Below the pieces are notes generated by a model, which had not been told where the DNA came from, did no database searches, and saw only the letters and a list, made by a program, of their open reading frames with translations. A DNA stretch of 61,546 bases from Carcharhinus longimanus (lineage: Eukaryota), in the NCBI GenBank assembly GCA_030264375.1, contig JASCQW010000162.1, forward strand, positions 57,879,171 through 57,940,716. Reading direction: 5' to 3'. Of this stretch, positions 24,545 to 37,795 are shown one piece after another (position 1 is the stretch's first letter; every line of letters begins with the position of its first letter). A program made the position numbers and the translations under genes.

Positions 24545-24768
24545 GTTTTGCCCGCTAGGAAAATTATAAGATCCCAGCTCTTCGAAGACGAGCAGGGGAA
24601 TTCTCTCAGTGTTGTGTTAATAGTTATCCTCCAGCCAACAGCATTAAGAGATAGATGAACTAGTCAAAATTGCAGTGCTCTTTGTCAGAGCCTGCTGTGC
24701 TCAAATTGGCCGGAACGTTTCCTCCATTACAACAATACTTAACCCATCCAAAAAAACTTGATTGGTTG
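24545..24768 (+). mobile_element. Deu-domain SINE interrupted by the Gypsy insertion
   Basis: AAGATCCCA...TTCGAAGACGAGCAGGGGAATTCTC...TGCTGTGCTCAAATTGGC...CATTACAACA, ending abruptly at the LTR. A possible tail remnant lies at about 29388-29465. Confidence 0.72.
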
Positions 24769-25019
24769 TGTAGTAGCGTGGCTCCTTTAAGGAGAGGGTG
24801 ATCATCAGTCACATGACCCTCCTGGGGCCTATCAGAAAAAAGCGTGCTAATCATTGCCTATTGGATGTTAGAACATGTGTCCTATTTGGAGGAAACCTTC
24901 AGTGAGAAATCATTAGGACTAGATCTGTACCTGTCCTGAGCTTGTTTGAAGATAGTTTTAACTTTCCTTCAATAAATCACTGTTGTGATTCAAGGCTTGT
25001 GATACCTTGCATTGCTAAA
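24769..25019 (+). repeat. 5' LTR of Gypsy element
   Basis: Starts TGTAGTAGCGTGG, contains AATAAA, precedes the PBS and is homologous to 29004 onward. Confidence 0.75.
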
Positions 25020-27370
25020 TTGGCAATGAGAATAAATCCACCAACGGTTGCTAAGATGTCAATACCTGAAAGGGGAATGGTGAGGGTAAAAAAACCTGCA
25101 AGGAAGGTCAGAAGTTCTTAAGACAACCACAGTCGAGTAGCTTTGCCATTGTTTGATTGGAGGTTGAAAATTGGGGCCAGTACATTGCAAGTCTTTGATA
25201 TGTTTTCGCAGCCAATGAAATAACTTCCAAAGAAAACCAGCAAGTTATTTTACTCACAGTTTGTGGCCCTCAAATATGCAACCTCGTAACAAGTCTTAGA
25301 AAATGCTTTGATCAGCTAGTCGCACTACAATCCCTGACCCTCCATTATTATGCAGCGGTATAAATTCCACTCAGCATTAGGGACAGAGGGGAGACAGTTT
25401 CTGCTTTTGTCACCAGACTTCACCAAATGGCCGAACACTGTGAGTTTGGCCCATCTTTAAGTGATATGTAATCATCTTGTATGTGGTATCAATAGTTTGA
25501 ACATTCAAAAGCTGCTGCTGCTGGCAGAAAATAATGTAGCCCTCAACAAAGTGGTTGAATTGGCTCAAGTGACTGAAAGCACTGAACAGAGAGCTGTTGC
25601 TGTGCAGGTGCGGTGGACAAAATTTAATGGGAAACAGTGGCCAGATGCAGAGACAGATGATGGCACCTAGTTTCCATGAAAAAAACAATGACTCCAGTGA
25701 ACAAGATGGAGGAAAATTTGAAAGGGAAGTCCACAATTTATAATCTTAACATTGTCAAGTTAAATAAAACACCTCCCAATTGAAATTGTCCTGATGATTA
25801 ATGGGCATCCATTGACTATGAAAGTCAATATAGGCACTTTTACCAGGGGAGTTGGTGAACAAACCTATAAGTATTTACAGGGAGGTCTGAAATCCATGAG
25901 GCTCAACAATACCACAACAAAGTTGGATGGACACAATGTCAACACCAGTGTCTTACCAACACCAGTCTGCTCTGCTCTTATGGGAGGAGACTGTTTGAAG
26001 CAAATAAAGTTGAATTGGTGGGAAATTGGCATTTTCCAGGGCCTCTTGTGTACATATAAAGAGGTCTTTCAGAGAGACAGTTAAGGTGCACACGAGGAGT
26101 TTAGCTCAAAATTTCTGTGAACTCTTGGTCAACGTCAATATTTTTTACAACCTGGTCTGTCCCATATGCCCTACATCAAAACGTTGAGCTGGAGTTGAAG
26201 CAATTGGAAGACCTAAGGATAATCAAACCAGTACAATTCTCCATGAAGGCTGCTCCAATAGTCTCAGTGCTAAAACCAGACGACACCACAAGGATTTACA
26301 GCAGTTACACTCTGACCATGAACAGAGCTGCCCAAATAACGGGCGGTCATCCGTTGAGTAAAGGGCTGATTTGGAGGAAGTTCTCAAAAGATTCAAAGAA
26401 GCTGGTGTCCACTTGAAAGAGATAAATGTACTTTTCAGGCCAATGAGGTCACATTGTTAGGACTCAGAGTGGATGCAAAAGTGATAGGCTACTCCGTGCC
26501 ATTTACTATCTTTTGGGAAAATATGGTCCCATGCCATAAGGTGATGTATCACATGTCACGACTACCTCCTTTCCAATAAAAGGGGTGCGTGCACTGAAGA
26601 ATGTAACAGGAGTTGAAGTCCTTCTTCAGGACGGTCAACTATTATCGCCATTTTGTATCCAACCTGTCGGCCATTTTGGCACTCTCACACAGACATCTAA
26701 AACACATCAATGTTTGCAATGAGAAGTTTCTCAGAGGAAAATCTTTGACCAAGTAAAACAGGCCCTACAATCATCTAGCTTATTTACCTATTTTGACCCA
26801 GGAAAGGAGATAGTAGTGTTGTGTGATCCACTACCTTTTGGCAATAGGAGCCATATTTTGCCATAAGATTGTAGATGGCATGGAGCAGCCTGTCACTTTT
26901 GCTTCCAGGACCTTGTCTGATGCCGAAAGAAAGTATTTAAAGATTAATAGAGAAACTGGCAGTTATATTTGCTGCCATGAAATTCCACCAAAATGTTTAT
27001 AGCTGCCATTTCACCATTATTTTGGACAAGTCATTACTAGGGCTATTCCCAAAGATAAACCGACCCTGCCAGTCTCCACTACTGAGTACAAAGATGGACC
27101 TTACTTTTGGCTGCTTACAGCTGCACTTTCCAACACAGGCCAGGGACACGCTTTCTAATGCTGATGATCTAAGTCAGCTCCCACTTCCACAAATGGTATC
27201 ATTAACTTCTGTTTCACAGGAGATCATTCATCCTTTGAATTTTATGGTCATTTTGTTCATTTCATCGGATGGATCCAGTCCTTTCGAAAGTGAAAAAATT
27301 GGCTTTGACCACTTGGCATTTTGACAAATCTAAGTAAGCTCTACTGGCAGCGTAGGGATGAAATCAGCTG

Positions 27371-27566
27371 CAAAGTAAGGTCCATCTTTGTACTCAGCAG
27401 TGGAGATTGGCAGGATTGGTTTATCTTTGCGGAATAGCCCGAGTAATGGCTTGTTGTCCAAAATAATGGTGAAATGGTGGCTATAAACATATTGGTGGAA
27501 TTTCTTGACAGCAAATATAACTGCCAGTTTCTCTATCAATCTGTGAATACTTTCTTTCAGCATCAG
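27371..27566 (-). repeat. Inverted duplicate of the RNase H segment at 26917-27108
   Basis: About 90% identical reverse complement by hand alignment; flanked by an ATCAGCTG direct repeat. Confidence 0.9.
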
Positions 27567-29003
27567 CTGTGAAGGTGCTTTTGTGGGGGAGCCAAGTAAC
27601 AGTACCACTGCTGGGGTGATAGCCACTCCTTCAGGAGCTGCGCAGCACACATCCTGGGCAAACCATGATGAAGATGTTGACCAGGAGCTACAGTTGGTGG
27701 CCAGGAATTGACAAGGAGATAGAAGATGTGGTCAACTCTTGTCAATATAGTCAAATACTACAGACCGTTCTGCCCGCAGCAAACTTACAGCCCTGGGAGT
27801 GGTTTGACTGCTCTTGGACAATGCTCACATTGATTTTGCTAGCCTTNNNNNNNNNNNNNNNNNNNNNNNNNNNNNNNNNNNNNNNNNNNNNNNNNNNNNN
27901 NNNNNNNNNNNNNNNNNNNNNNNNNNNNNNNNNNNNNNNNNNNNNNCTAGCCTTCTCATGTAGATGACGTTTTTTGTTGGATGCCCACTCAAAGCGGCTC
28001 AATGTGTAAATCATGCATTCCACAACATGGTCAGCCACTGTAGACAAACTGTGACAATTTTCTGCAATACATGGCAAACTAACCATTTCTGACAATAGCA
28101 TCACTTTCACAGCCAAAGACTTCCAGCACTTTGTCAAAATGATTGGCATCCAACACATACGCATGGCCCCATACTACCCCACCTCCAATAGTTCGGCAGA
28201 AAGGGCAGTGCCAACATTTAAGGCATCAACGTGGAAACAATCCAACAGATCACTGCCACTCTAGTTAGCCTATTCTCTGCTCTCATATAACACAATCTCC
28301 CTTACACCCATCACTTCAATGCTACCACAGGATTACACCGGTCAAACTGTTGATGGATTGACTCCTAAGAACCTGCCTTGACCTTGCTCTCCTCAAGTTG
28401 ACGGGGCATGTTGAGGTTAAGCAAACCTCACAGAAGAAGTATCATGATTCAGCTAGGGGAGACAAGTCATTTGACTCGAATGATTTGGCCTCTGGAATTT
28501 TCAAGGGGAACGGCATGCAGCTCGGTTATCTGGGAAGACAAGTATGCAAGTCCACTCCAGTATCTTATAGCATCGACCTGCAGGGCCACAAAGTGCTGAA
28601 GCATATCAATCACATCAGAAGGCGGGGACCTGCAGCTTCCAGCACCAGTTGCCAAGACTCTGTAATAGAGTCCAGTCTCTGTGGCTAAGCTGGTGCTAGC
28701 AGAATCTAGTGTCCCTCAAGGAGAATCCCGACTATCAGTGAGAGCAGAGGAAGATGGCACCGGCCCTAATCCAACATCAGAATCTGTTACCTCATCTATC
28801 ACTATTGCAGACTCTGATACCTCCAGCTTGCAGAAACTGGTTGTGGAGTTGCGATGCTCCACAAGAGTCCAGAAGTCCCCAGAACTATTGACTTTGTGAA
28901 CTTGGCCGAATGGCTCCCTTCCTGAAGATTCTGTTTTGACCGTATATGTCTGTTTACAAGAGTTTTTGTTTGTATGATTGTGATGGAACTTAGGAGGGAG
29001 AAA

Positions 29004-29187
29004 CGTGGTAGCGTGGCCCCTTTCAGAGGAAGTTGGTCGTGCGTCACATGATGCTTCTGTGGTCTATCAGAAAGGAGCATGCGGACCATCTCCTATCAGG
29101 GAGTGGAGGCTGGTAGGATGGAACCTTCTGTGTGAGCCCGGGAGTCAGTGAGACTAAATCTGTATCTATACTAAGCTTGTTTGTGTA
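29004..29187 (+). repeat. 3' LTR of Gypsy element (truncated by gap)
   Basis: Follows the PPT; CGTGGTAGCGTGGCCCCTTT...GTCACATGA...CTATCAGAAA aligns without gaps to the 5' LTR. Confidence 0.78.
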
Positions 29188-31992
29188 NNNNNNNNNNNNN
29201 NNNNNNNNNNNNNNNNNNNNNNNNNNNNNNNNNNNNNNNNNNNNNNNNNNNNNNNNNNNNNNNNNNNNNNNNNNNNNNNNNNNNNNNNNNNNNNNNNNNN
29301 NNNNNNNNNNNNNNNNNNNNNNNNNNNNNNNNNNNNNNNNNNNNNNTAGACAAATCGGTCAACATGATAAAAGCTTACCATTTGAGATAAAGACCTTTCT
29401 GCAAAAGACATCCTTGTCTCTTTTTTTTCAGGTGCCAAGAAAGCTGCTACACATTTGCAGTGTTTTGCTATGATAGAAGCAGTAATACTTTCTCGGCTAA
29501 CTCAAAGATTAAATTACACTGCATTCATTCACTGGTGGTGGAGAGGAAACTATTATAGATTCAGAATATGTTCATGCACACATTCAACACAGCCTGCAGT
29601 GAGCCACAGGGATTTAAAAATTAATGCAATACAGAGAAGTAAGATTAACTATTACATAAACTTTTGTTTGATTTTGTAATACTTAATTGGGTATGGATCA
29701 TATTTGGGACAGCATAAGAATAGAGGGGGACAGTTGGGCATTGGAGGGGAGTTATACCCAAGCCACTCTCAACATATCTCCTTTTAGTTAATGACAGGGG
29801 CTCTTGACAGAGAGGGAGAGCATGAATCTGCCAACTTGGATGCAGAGGCTTTCAGGGTGGGTAAAGAAGTGAAAAAGCAATCAAATATACAACTGAATGA
29901 TGAGAGAAGTTTCAACAGCTTACCTTTGAGGCAAAAGCTGTCTGCTTATCCTGAGGCAGTCAGACGATGTGAGGAGGAGTCAGAAGAAAATTCAGGTTAA
30001 AATCTTCTTCTCCTCAGATTTGGTTGCCAAAAGCATCAAACAGTACAGGAACAACTGCTGATGCCGTTTACAATAGCATCTATTTACTTGGTGGAAATTT
30101 GTAATTAAGATTAACTTAAGCTCCCCCTGAGGGCTCAGAGAGCTTTGTCAGTTGGCAGACTCCAGCAGATAAGGTTTGTCCTCCAAGTTGTGGTGAGTCA
30201 GTTGATCTCAGCAGGAGTGCCCAGTTGGGACACAACAATTGATCTTCAGCACCTTGGTTAAAGAAGGGAAACTTGGACAGAGATCCTGCCCCCAATCTCA
30301 AACAATCGATAACCCACCAACATGGCTGCCCTAACCCTGCCCTCAATTTTGGGAAATGTTTTTTGTTTAAGTGTCAAATAAGGGCTGGATTCTTGGTTAT
30401 GATGCATTCCATGCTGAAAAACCTGCTACCTTAACAGTAATAACGCCCATGAATATCGGTCATTTGAGTGAGGCACCAGAACTAGTGCCCTTTGATTCAA
30501 ACCTTAAGGAAGGGGCAAATTCCACAGGAGGGTGGGGACAAAAGCAAGAAAAGAGAAAGAGAATAAGTCACAGATATTCGTCCTATATTTCTTCGTAACA
30601 CTATTCAGTACATGAAGTTTACAGAAAAGCATTTCTGTTAGAATGTTTTGAAAGACACAAAAATATAATTAATTATTCAAAGGCTGATTAAAAAATATGA
30701 AACAAAAAGTCCTGGAGCCTGAAACACTTTCTGTCTGTCAGCACCAACGAACAAACAACAGGCATGTACCCAATATGGAATTCTGGGCAGCTTATTTATG
30801 CAGATAATGGGACTATAATGTCTCAATAGAACGAGCAAGAAATATCCATTGAGAGTTATTAACACAAAATGAAGAGATAGTCAAGGACAAGAAAAGGTCA
30901 CTTGACTCATTGTCCTGACTCTTTAACCATCTAACTCACTCAGTCTCATGCTCAATGTCCATTGCGAACTTTGGAATGTGAAGAAGTGTCATTACTTACC
31001 CATATTTGGGAGAAAAATGGAAAGTAACATCTAGAGTCCACACTGGTATAGTACCTCGCTAAGAAATTTGTCATGAAAATTCATGAACGGTGTGAAGTTG
31101 TGGTAACTTTCCACTAAGTACCCACTAAACACACCAGAAAAAAATAGGGCAGATGTATTCAGACGAAAGTAAATTTTTAACTCTGAGAAGAGCCACAATT
31201 ACTACCAAACAACGTCTCTGACATTTTACAAATGTGCAGTCTCATATTCAACCCAGGAAAGTCGGTGGAAGGCCAGAATGTGTCGAGGAGCGAGTCTCCA
31301 TACATTGTACAAGCACCTCCACCACTGACCTGTCCCCAACTCTTCTCCAAACCCCATCTGCACAGAGCTGGGAAAATTCATTCTTGTATGTCTCAATGAG
31401 GATTCTTCAATCTGAATGTTTGAATAGCCATACTGGGGTATATCCAGTTCACCCACACACACCTCAGTTGATGTAGATGGCATCTGTTGAGGGCAGCACA
31501 CTGAAAAGTATTTCTAATTGCCATAAGTTGCCACTCAAAAGCCTATGAACAGTGTTTTGGTAAGTGTGACGAATGGCAGGTGCCATTCCTACATTGTTGA
31601 CTCAAATATCCAGGCCAATATCTTTAACTTTACTACCTGGCCTGCTAGATCATTCAAAATGATTGAGGGGCATTTTTTTTTCCCTACAAGTGCACATCTT
31701 TTTTATCATGTATTATCATTTTTGAAATTTATTATACAAGTCTTCTGGCCCACTATAATTTACCTTGAAGTTACTTTATAGTTTTAGTTTATCTGAGCCA
31801 TTTAATACTTTAATCCCTCAATAAGGTTCTCTCTTTAATTTTTTCCTCTACTTTTTAAAGTCTGATAAAAAAAATGTTTCCTCGGGATAGTATTGCTGCC
31901 GATAACTTCCTGCCCCGCTTATTTCCTTCTGCAATCACTCACTGCCTTAAAGATACTGCCCTCTATACATGACTTTTGTGGTAGTTATTAGT

Positions 31993-32348
31993 ATAGAGAG
32001 ATTCTTCCCCCTTAGAAAGGATAGCAGAACTAGAGGGCACAGCCTCAAGATAAGGGGGGGGAGCAGTTTAGATCGGAGTTGAGGCAGAACTTCTTCACTC
32101 AAAGGGTGGTGAATCTCTGGAATTCTCTGCCCATTGAAGTGGTGGAGGCTACCTCGCTGAATANNNNNNNNNNNNNNNNNNNNNNNNNNNNNNNNNNNNN
32201 NNNNNNNNNNNNNNNNNNNNNNNNNNNNNNNNNNNNNNNNNNNNNNNNNNNNNNNNNNNNNNNCCATGATCTTATTGACTGGCAGGGCAGGCTCGAAGGG
32301 CTAGATGGCCTACTCCTGCTCCTATTTCTTATGTTCTTATGTTCTTAT
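31993..32348 (+). mobile_element. CR1/HER1 LINE 3' fragment (young subfamily)
   Basis: RTRGHSLKI...RQNFFTQRVVNLWNSLP and a TTCTTATGTTCTTATG tail. Confidence 0.88.
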
Positions 32349-33479
32349 TGTCTGTGTAGACTCAGTGGGCTGAAGGGCCTTTTCTGCTTTCTGTTTGATT
32401 ACATGAATCTTGACAGTAAATGTCAGCAAGCTATTTGACTGCATCCAGCAAAGATCCATCGCTTAACATGTTCCAACAGGAATCATTGGATAATAACCCA
32501 TGAATGGAAATTCTGATTAATTCTTTGCCCCCTTCCTTAGTCCTGCAGTGCTGAAGCAAACTGCACTATCTCTGCTACTTCCATACTTGAGTTCAGCCTG
32601 GAGCAGCGTGTAGCCTTGAATCCACTGAGCCTCTATGGATCATTAAAGCATAAAGCCATTAGAAGAGTTACATATTTTAGAATTGAACTTATTGATGAAT
32701 AGAGAAGTTGGTGGTGGCTGCACTTGTCACACATTTAGACTGCACACAGCCCCAAATGCTGAGCACCCCAAGTTCACATATTTTAAATACAGTGGGATTA
32801 ATTTCAAACCAATATGTGGGCACACTTTGAGTCAGTTTGAAAGATAGATGAAATAAAGGCTCACTTTTATGTCATGTCTTTCATAACCAGAGGACATTGC
32901 TTTACTGCCATTGATGTACATTTTGCATTCTGAATCCTTAGATGTGTTGCATGTGTTCCCATGTAATTTGAGTCTTTATAAATGAAGGATTTCAGCACAC
33001 TTCAGATTCTAGTCCCAAAAAAGAAAGTGATTTTACTGTCTCTAATTTCCTCACTGCTTTTAGTTACACTCTGCCTGAGAGGAGTTAGATACACAGGATA
33101 AAATAATTGCCAATTTCAAAATGGCTGATAATTTTAATGTATCTATAGTCAAGAAACTGTTCTGTTGATTTTATGAGATGGTCTGAAATTTTTTGCTTTG
33201 GGAGATTAATGATGTTCAGTTTTTTTTTGCAGTCCAGTTTTTTGGCTTTATTTTACAGGGTGATCTCAACTTCAGCCATTTCAGCTTCAAAGCATATTTG
33301 AAAGGTACCATTTAACTGAGGGATGCATGATCTTTAATAGGTGGGAAGTTCTACACAGGCCACTGATTAGAAAACCACGTCACTGCCTGGGATGAGGCAA
33401 GCAGAGGCAGTTCAGTTGCTCTGCTTCACCTAACAGATGGCAGTCTCTGTTCCTATGTCAGCCCTCTCTACATTTACAA

Positions 33480-33870
33480 CAATATGTTTTTATCTAATGC
33501 CTTTAGTGTAGAAGACATCCCAATGCACTTCACGGAAATACAAGCAGTCAAAAATTGACACTGAGCCAAAGAAGATGTAAGCACAGAGGTCAGTTTTAAG
33601 GAGCATCTTTGAGTAGGAGAGAGATGTGCAGAGGCAGAAAGGTTGAGGGAGGGAATTCCAGAGTTTAGGGCCTCAATGGCTGAAGGCGAGGCCAGCAGAT
33701 GTGGGGTGAAGGAATTGAAACATGCTCAAGCTGCCAGTGTTGAAAGAGGCTGAGTTCCTGGAGGATTGGCGGAGGCAGGGGGAAGGGGTGGAGATGGAGG
33801 CTCAAGGCCTTGGAGATATTTTAATATAAAGTTGTGAATCTTAAGGTCAAGCACTGATAAATTGGTCACG
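33480..33870 (-). mobile_element. L2 LINE 3' fragment
   Basis: GGTTGAGGGAGGGAATTCCAGAGTTTAGGGCCT...GCTGAAGGC pattern. Confidence 0.6.
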
Positions 33871-34924
33871 AGGGGCCAGTGATGTTCAGTGCCCCCGGCT
33901 GGAATATCACATGCCCCGTTTGCATCACCACCTTCTAAATACAGCAGTGGATTTAACAACTTAGTAATGTAAGAAAAAATAGTCGGAGTACAATTCTGTG
34001 GCCCCAATATCAGCTAACATCGCTCACCTTTAAATCGCCACAAGAACAACAGTGGACCTCTGTTCGTCTGCAACATTGAAAGGCATATTTTCAGAAATAG
34101 CTTGTAAAGGACATTTCAGTAAACCTACATCCCCTAACCTCAAAAGGGAGCCAAATAAACATCTTAAAAATGGCTGACTTATATCAATGTCTTGGGTTCC
34201 ATAGCTGTTCTCACCCCTTGTGTCTGGCAAGAATGTTCACATCAGCTTCAACAAGAAAGCCTTCCACTGTATTGAAATGCAGGTGGTACACAGTGTACAA
34301 CAATATCATTGTGGATGTCCATTGTTTTGGCAAGTTCCACAACTCTGATCTTTATCAATTCTGGCCTGGATGACGGGCTCAGAAAGAGAGGATTGACAAG
34401 TGGATGAAAGCCAGGTGAAACATTCATCCACACCTTTCAATATCCCTGCTCTTTTTAATTAACACCAGTCTCTTTTTGCCAAGTGGCAATGACCTGAAGC
34501 CTTGGCTGATGGTCTGATGCAAAATCTGCACAAGAAAGTATCAAGAGAGGCACAATACCATGCAAATTATCCCAAGGATTGTCACAGAAATCAGTGTTGG
34601 TATTTCTGAAGTTGAAAACTGCTATTTTGCTTCACAGATAGGCAGTTTAAAATATTGTCATTCTGGTCTGGATAAAAGTTGTTGCCTGTTTAATTTTATA
34701 GAATAAAGAAATGCAATCCCTTTGAGTCTGAGCAGGCTATTTAACTGCAGAAGGCCTGAAAGCAACTCCTGCATCTGTCTTCATCAGGCAATCATATACA
34801 GTTGTTTGATGGTAGAGGGCAATAATTAGCTGAAAGTACATTCCAGAGATCAAAAGTCTCCACACAGACTCACATGAAACACTTAACTGTCAGGAATTTT
34901 TGAGAATTATTGTTGATGTAATAC

Positions 34925-35105
34925 CTCCCACACTCCAAAGATATATAGGTTAGATTGACTGGCCATTCTAAATTCGCCCTTAGTGCCATGGGGATCAACA
35001 GAGTAAATATGCACGGTTACAGGGATAGGGCCTGGGTGGGATTTTTGTTGGTGCAAGCTTGAGGGACCCGAATGGCCATCTTCTACTCTTTAGGGATTCT
35101 ATGAT
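34925..35105 (+). mobile_element. HE1 SINE 3' half
   Basis: CTCCCACACTCCAAAGAT...GGCCATTCTAAATT...GGGATTCTATGAT. Confidence 0.75.
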
Positions 35106-35743
35106 AAGTAACGTCAGCCCCCATTACCTTTAATTACTTTGCTACAAAGGTCAGTAGGCACAAATATTACTTTAACTATGATGAGTATGAAATGTACATG
35201 ATCTAATTTTTCTGTAGCTGTTGTGGGGATAGGTGATATTGTTAGAGATGTCACCTGCGCATCGAAATTAGTGTTTGAGGAGGCGATGGCAGAGAAGTAG
35301 CACCACGTAAAGAAAATGGAAGTATAGAACTGGAAATGCCAAGGCACAAGCAAACAAAAATGCAATCTTTTACTCCACAGAATTGCACCAATCTTTCACA
35401 TAATAAATGCCGTTTAACACATCAGTCATTACTTAAAGAAAATGCACTCGAATTACTCAGGGAAAACCGCAAGTGTTAATGTACAGAGAATTGCTTCCTA
35501 CATAAATAAATATAAATGTGCTGTTCAGACCCACTGTGGCTGATTCCTCCTGCGCTTAGCCCTGCACAGCTGGGAGGAAGTGAGTTGCACTCCCTCCCCA
35601 TCCCCATCCCCATCAACTATTCCCAGTAATGTCAGGCCGGCTTCTGGGAACATCTTTCTGGCGCTCAGGCTACACAAATCATGATGCGCCAGGAACACTG
35701 GAGCCAAGAATTTCTGGCATCAACCCATGGTTGCACATGTGAA

Positions 35744-36070
35744 CCGTGCCACAGTAGTTAGCAATGCTGCCTCACAGCACTAGGGACCTGGGTTCAATCC
35801 TGGCCTTGGGTGACTGTGCGGAGTTTACACATTCTCCCCATGTCTGTATGGCTTTCCTCTGGGTGCTCCAGTTTCATCCCACAGTCCAAAGATATGCAAG
35901 TTAGGTGGATTGGCAATCTTAAAGTCCAAGATTGTCTAGGTTAAGTGGATTAGCTATGGTAAATGCATGGGATTACGGGGATGATGTAGGGGGATGCTCT
36001 TTTGGAGAGTCGGTGCAAATTCAATGGGCCAAATAGCCTCCTTCTGCACAGTCAGGATTCTGTGGTTCTA
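35744..36070 (+). mobile_element. HE1 SINE (tRNA head + V-domain + HER1-derived tail), full length
   Basis: A box CAGTAGTTAGC, B box GGGTTCAATCC, V-domain TTTCCTCTGGGTGCTCCAGTTTC, tail ATGGGCCAAATAGCCTCCTTCTGCAC...GATTCTGTG. Confidence 0.88.
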
Positions 36071-36274
36071 GAAGCAGCCCCAGCGGAAGCTGAACCTTTT
36101 TCTGAACCATAATCCCCTCCACAAGGTAGAGGTGATGGAGATCAGCTCAAGTGAAATGAGAACCTCCAACACAGGATCTACAGGCTAGAGTATCAGTTCT
36201 CTAGACACGCCCTGAATGCCTCAGGAGGCTTGGCTTTCATTATAGGTTATTACTGACAATTGCAGCCTCCTGTT

Positions 36275-36472
36275 TTTTAATTGTATTGGAGAATGTGTGC
36301 ATTGCTGGCTAAGGCCAGTATTTATTGTCCTTCCTTAGTTGTCCTTGAGAAGGTGGTTACCTCTTTGAACCATTGTAGTCCATGTGGCGTAAGTAGACCA
36401 AGAGTGCTTTTAGGGAGGGGGTTCCAGGAATTTGACCCAGCAACACTGAACAGTTGGCGATGTATTTCCAAA
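36275..36472 (-). mobile_element. LINE 3' fragment (CR1/Jockey group; same family at about 18350-18468)
   Basis: ATTTATTGTCC...CTTGAGAAGGTGG...TTCCAGGAATTTGACCCAG is shared by both copies. Confidence 0.55.
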
Positions 36473-37052
36473 TATATTGTTCCCTAACTCTGTGCAACAA
36501 GTTCAGTCCCAACAGAGGATTCAATCTGGGTCCATCCTGGTCTCTTTGGCTTGTTTCCACACTAGCTGGTATATTACTGAACCACATGGTTAACAATTGG
36601 AGTTATGGTCGGGTGAGAAGTGGCAAAATGACTTCCCACTTTTCCTTTCCTTGTTTATTTTTGAACTGATATAATTACCAATTCAGTGAACGTTTAACTG
36701 TTTATGTGCTGAGACCATAAAGCTCACGATCAGACAGGTTTTCTTGTTTTTTTTTAATTTGTTTTGTACTTAACCCGGCAAAATAATAAAAAAAGCCTCT
36801 TCAACTTTTAGGTGCACACTCTCAAAGTTTACACACACACACGTACATATATTACAGAGTGGGGAGGATTGATTAAGTAACTTAGTCCAGTAAAATTAAA
36901 GGAGTGTATTGTTCTTGAAGGTTGGTGATTCAGCTGGGTTCAGGCTAAATTCAGTGGTTCTGCTGTTTTAAACATCAAGGTGGTTTAAAGATGTACACTG
37001 ACAATTTATCTGCTCTTCTGAAGACAACAGCATTGGTTTGAGTTTTTTAAGT

Positions 37053-37186
37053 CATAAGAACATAAGAAATAGGAGCAGGAGTAGGCCATCTAGCCCTTCG
37101 AGTCTGCCTCGCCATTCAGTAAGATCATGGCTGATCTGTCGTGGCTCAGTTCCACATTCCCGCCCTCTCCCCATAACCCTTAATCC
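37053..37186 (-). mobile_element. CR1/HER1 LINE 3' end (young subfamily)
   Basis: CATAAGAACATAAGAAATAGGAGCAGGAGTAGGCCATC, running into an N gap. Confidence 0.88.
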
Positions 37187-37599
37187 NNNNNNNNNNNNNN
37201 NNNNNNNNNNNNNNNNNNNNNNNNNNNNNNNNNNNNNNNNNNNNNNNNNNNNNNNNNNNNNNNNNNNNNNNNNNNNNNNNNNNNNNACTGTGCATGCACT
37301 TATCTATCACCTTCCATGGCCCCCGCTTCTCTCTGGTGCGGTTGGGCCACCAGTTGGGAAGAGGCTAGCAGACCCAAAGACTTCAAGTCCCGGGCCGACT
37401 ACTGAGATTGAAATGTCATTTTAAATATTTAAGACAGATCTGCACTAATTTCTGGCGCTGAGCTGACAATGCTGGAAATCCAGTGGGCAGATGTGTGAAA
37501 ACCGTACCACCTAACAGGAAGCCTGCTATATGGCTTCCTCTTATGCCTCCCACCTGCTGCACTGCTATAGCAGCCTGACGGGCTGGGAGAATTGCCACC

Positions 37600-37795
37600 T
37601 TGCAGTTTAGGTGGATTGGCCAAGCTAAATTGCCCTTAGTCCTAAGATGTCCTAAGATGTGTAAGTTAGGTGGATTAGCAGGGTGAATATGTGGGGTTAC
37701 TGGGTTAGGGTAGACCCGGTTAAGATGCTCTATTTGAAGGTTGGTGTAGACTCGATGGGCTGAATGGTATCCATCGGCACAGTCAGGATTCAATG
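37600..37795 (+). mobile_element. HE1 SINE 3' half
   Basis: TAGGTGGATTGGCCAAGCTAAATTGCCCTTAGT...GACTCGATGGGCTGAATGG. Confidence 0.75.

Larger units (their letters stand above)
24769..29187 (+). mobile_element. Decayed Gypsy/Ty3 LTR retrotransposon (gag-PR-RT-RH-IN), internally deleted
   Basis: PBS-like TGGCAATGAG at about 25022; gag (ILLTVCG, QRYKFH, HLVCGI..IQK); RT start (SVPYAL..VELELKQLEDLRIIKPVQFS.KAAPIVSVLKPD); RNase H (FASRTLSDAERKY, KFHQ); integrase (HPGQTMMKMLTRSYSWWPGIDKEIE, SDNSITFTAKDF, APYYPTSNSSAERAV); PPT AGGAGGGAGAAA at 28992-29003. Many stops and frameshifts. Confidence 0.92.

Noticed and set aside
31226-31501. 91-aa minus-strand ORF in unique sequence
   Set aside because: No recognisable protein family or convincing exon boundaries; length is within chance expectation.
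35744-35815. tRNA gene
   Set aside because: A/B boxes belong to the tRNA-derived head of an HE1 SINE; no cloverleaf or terminator.
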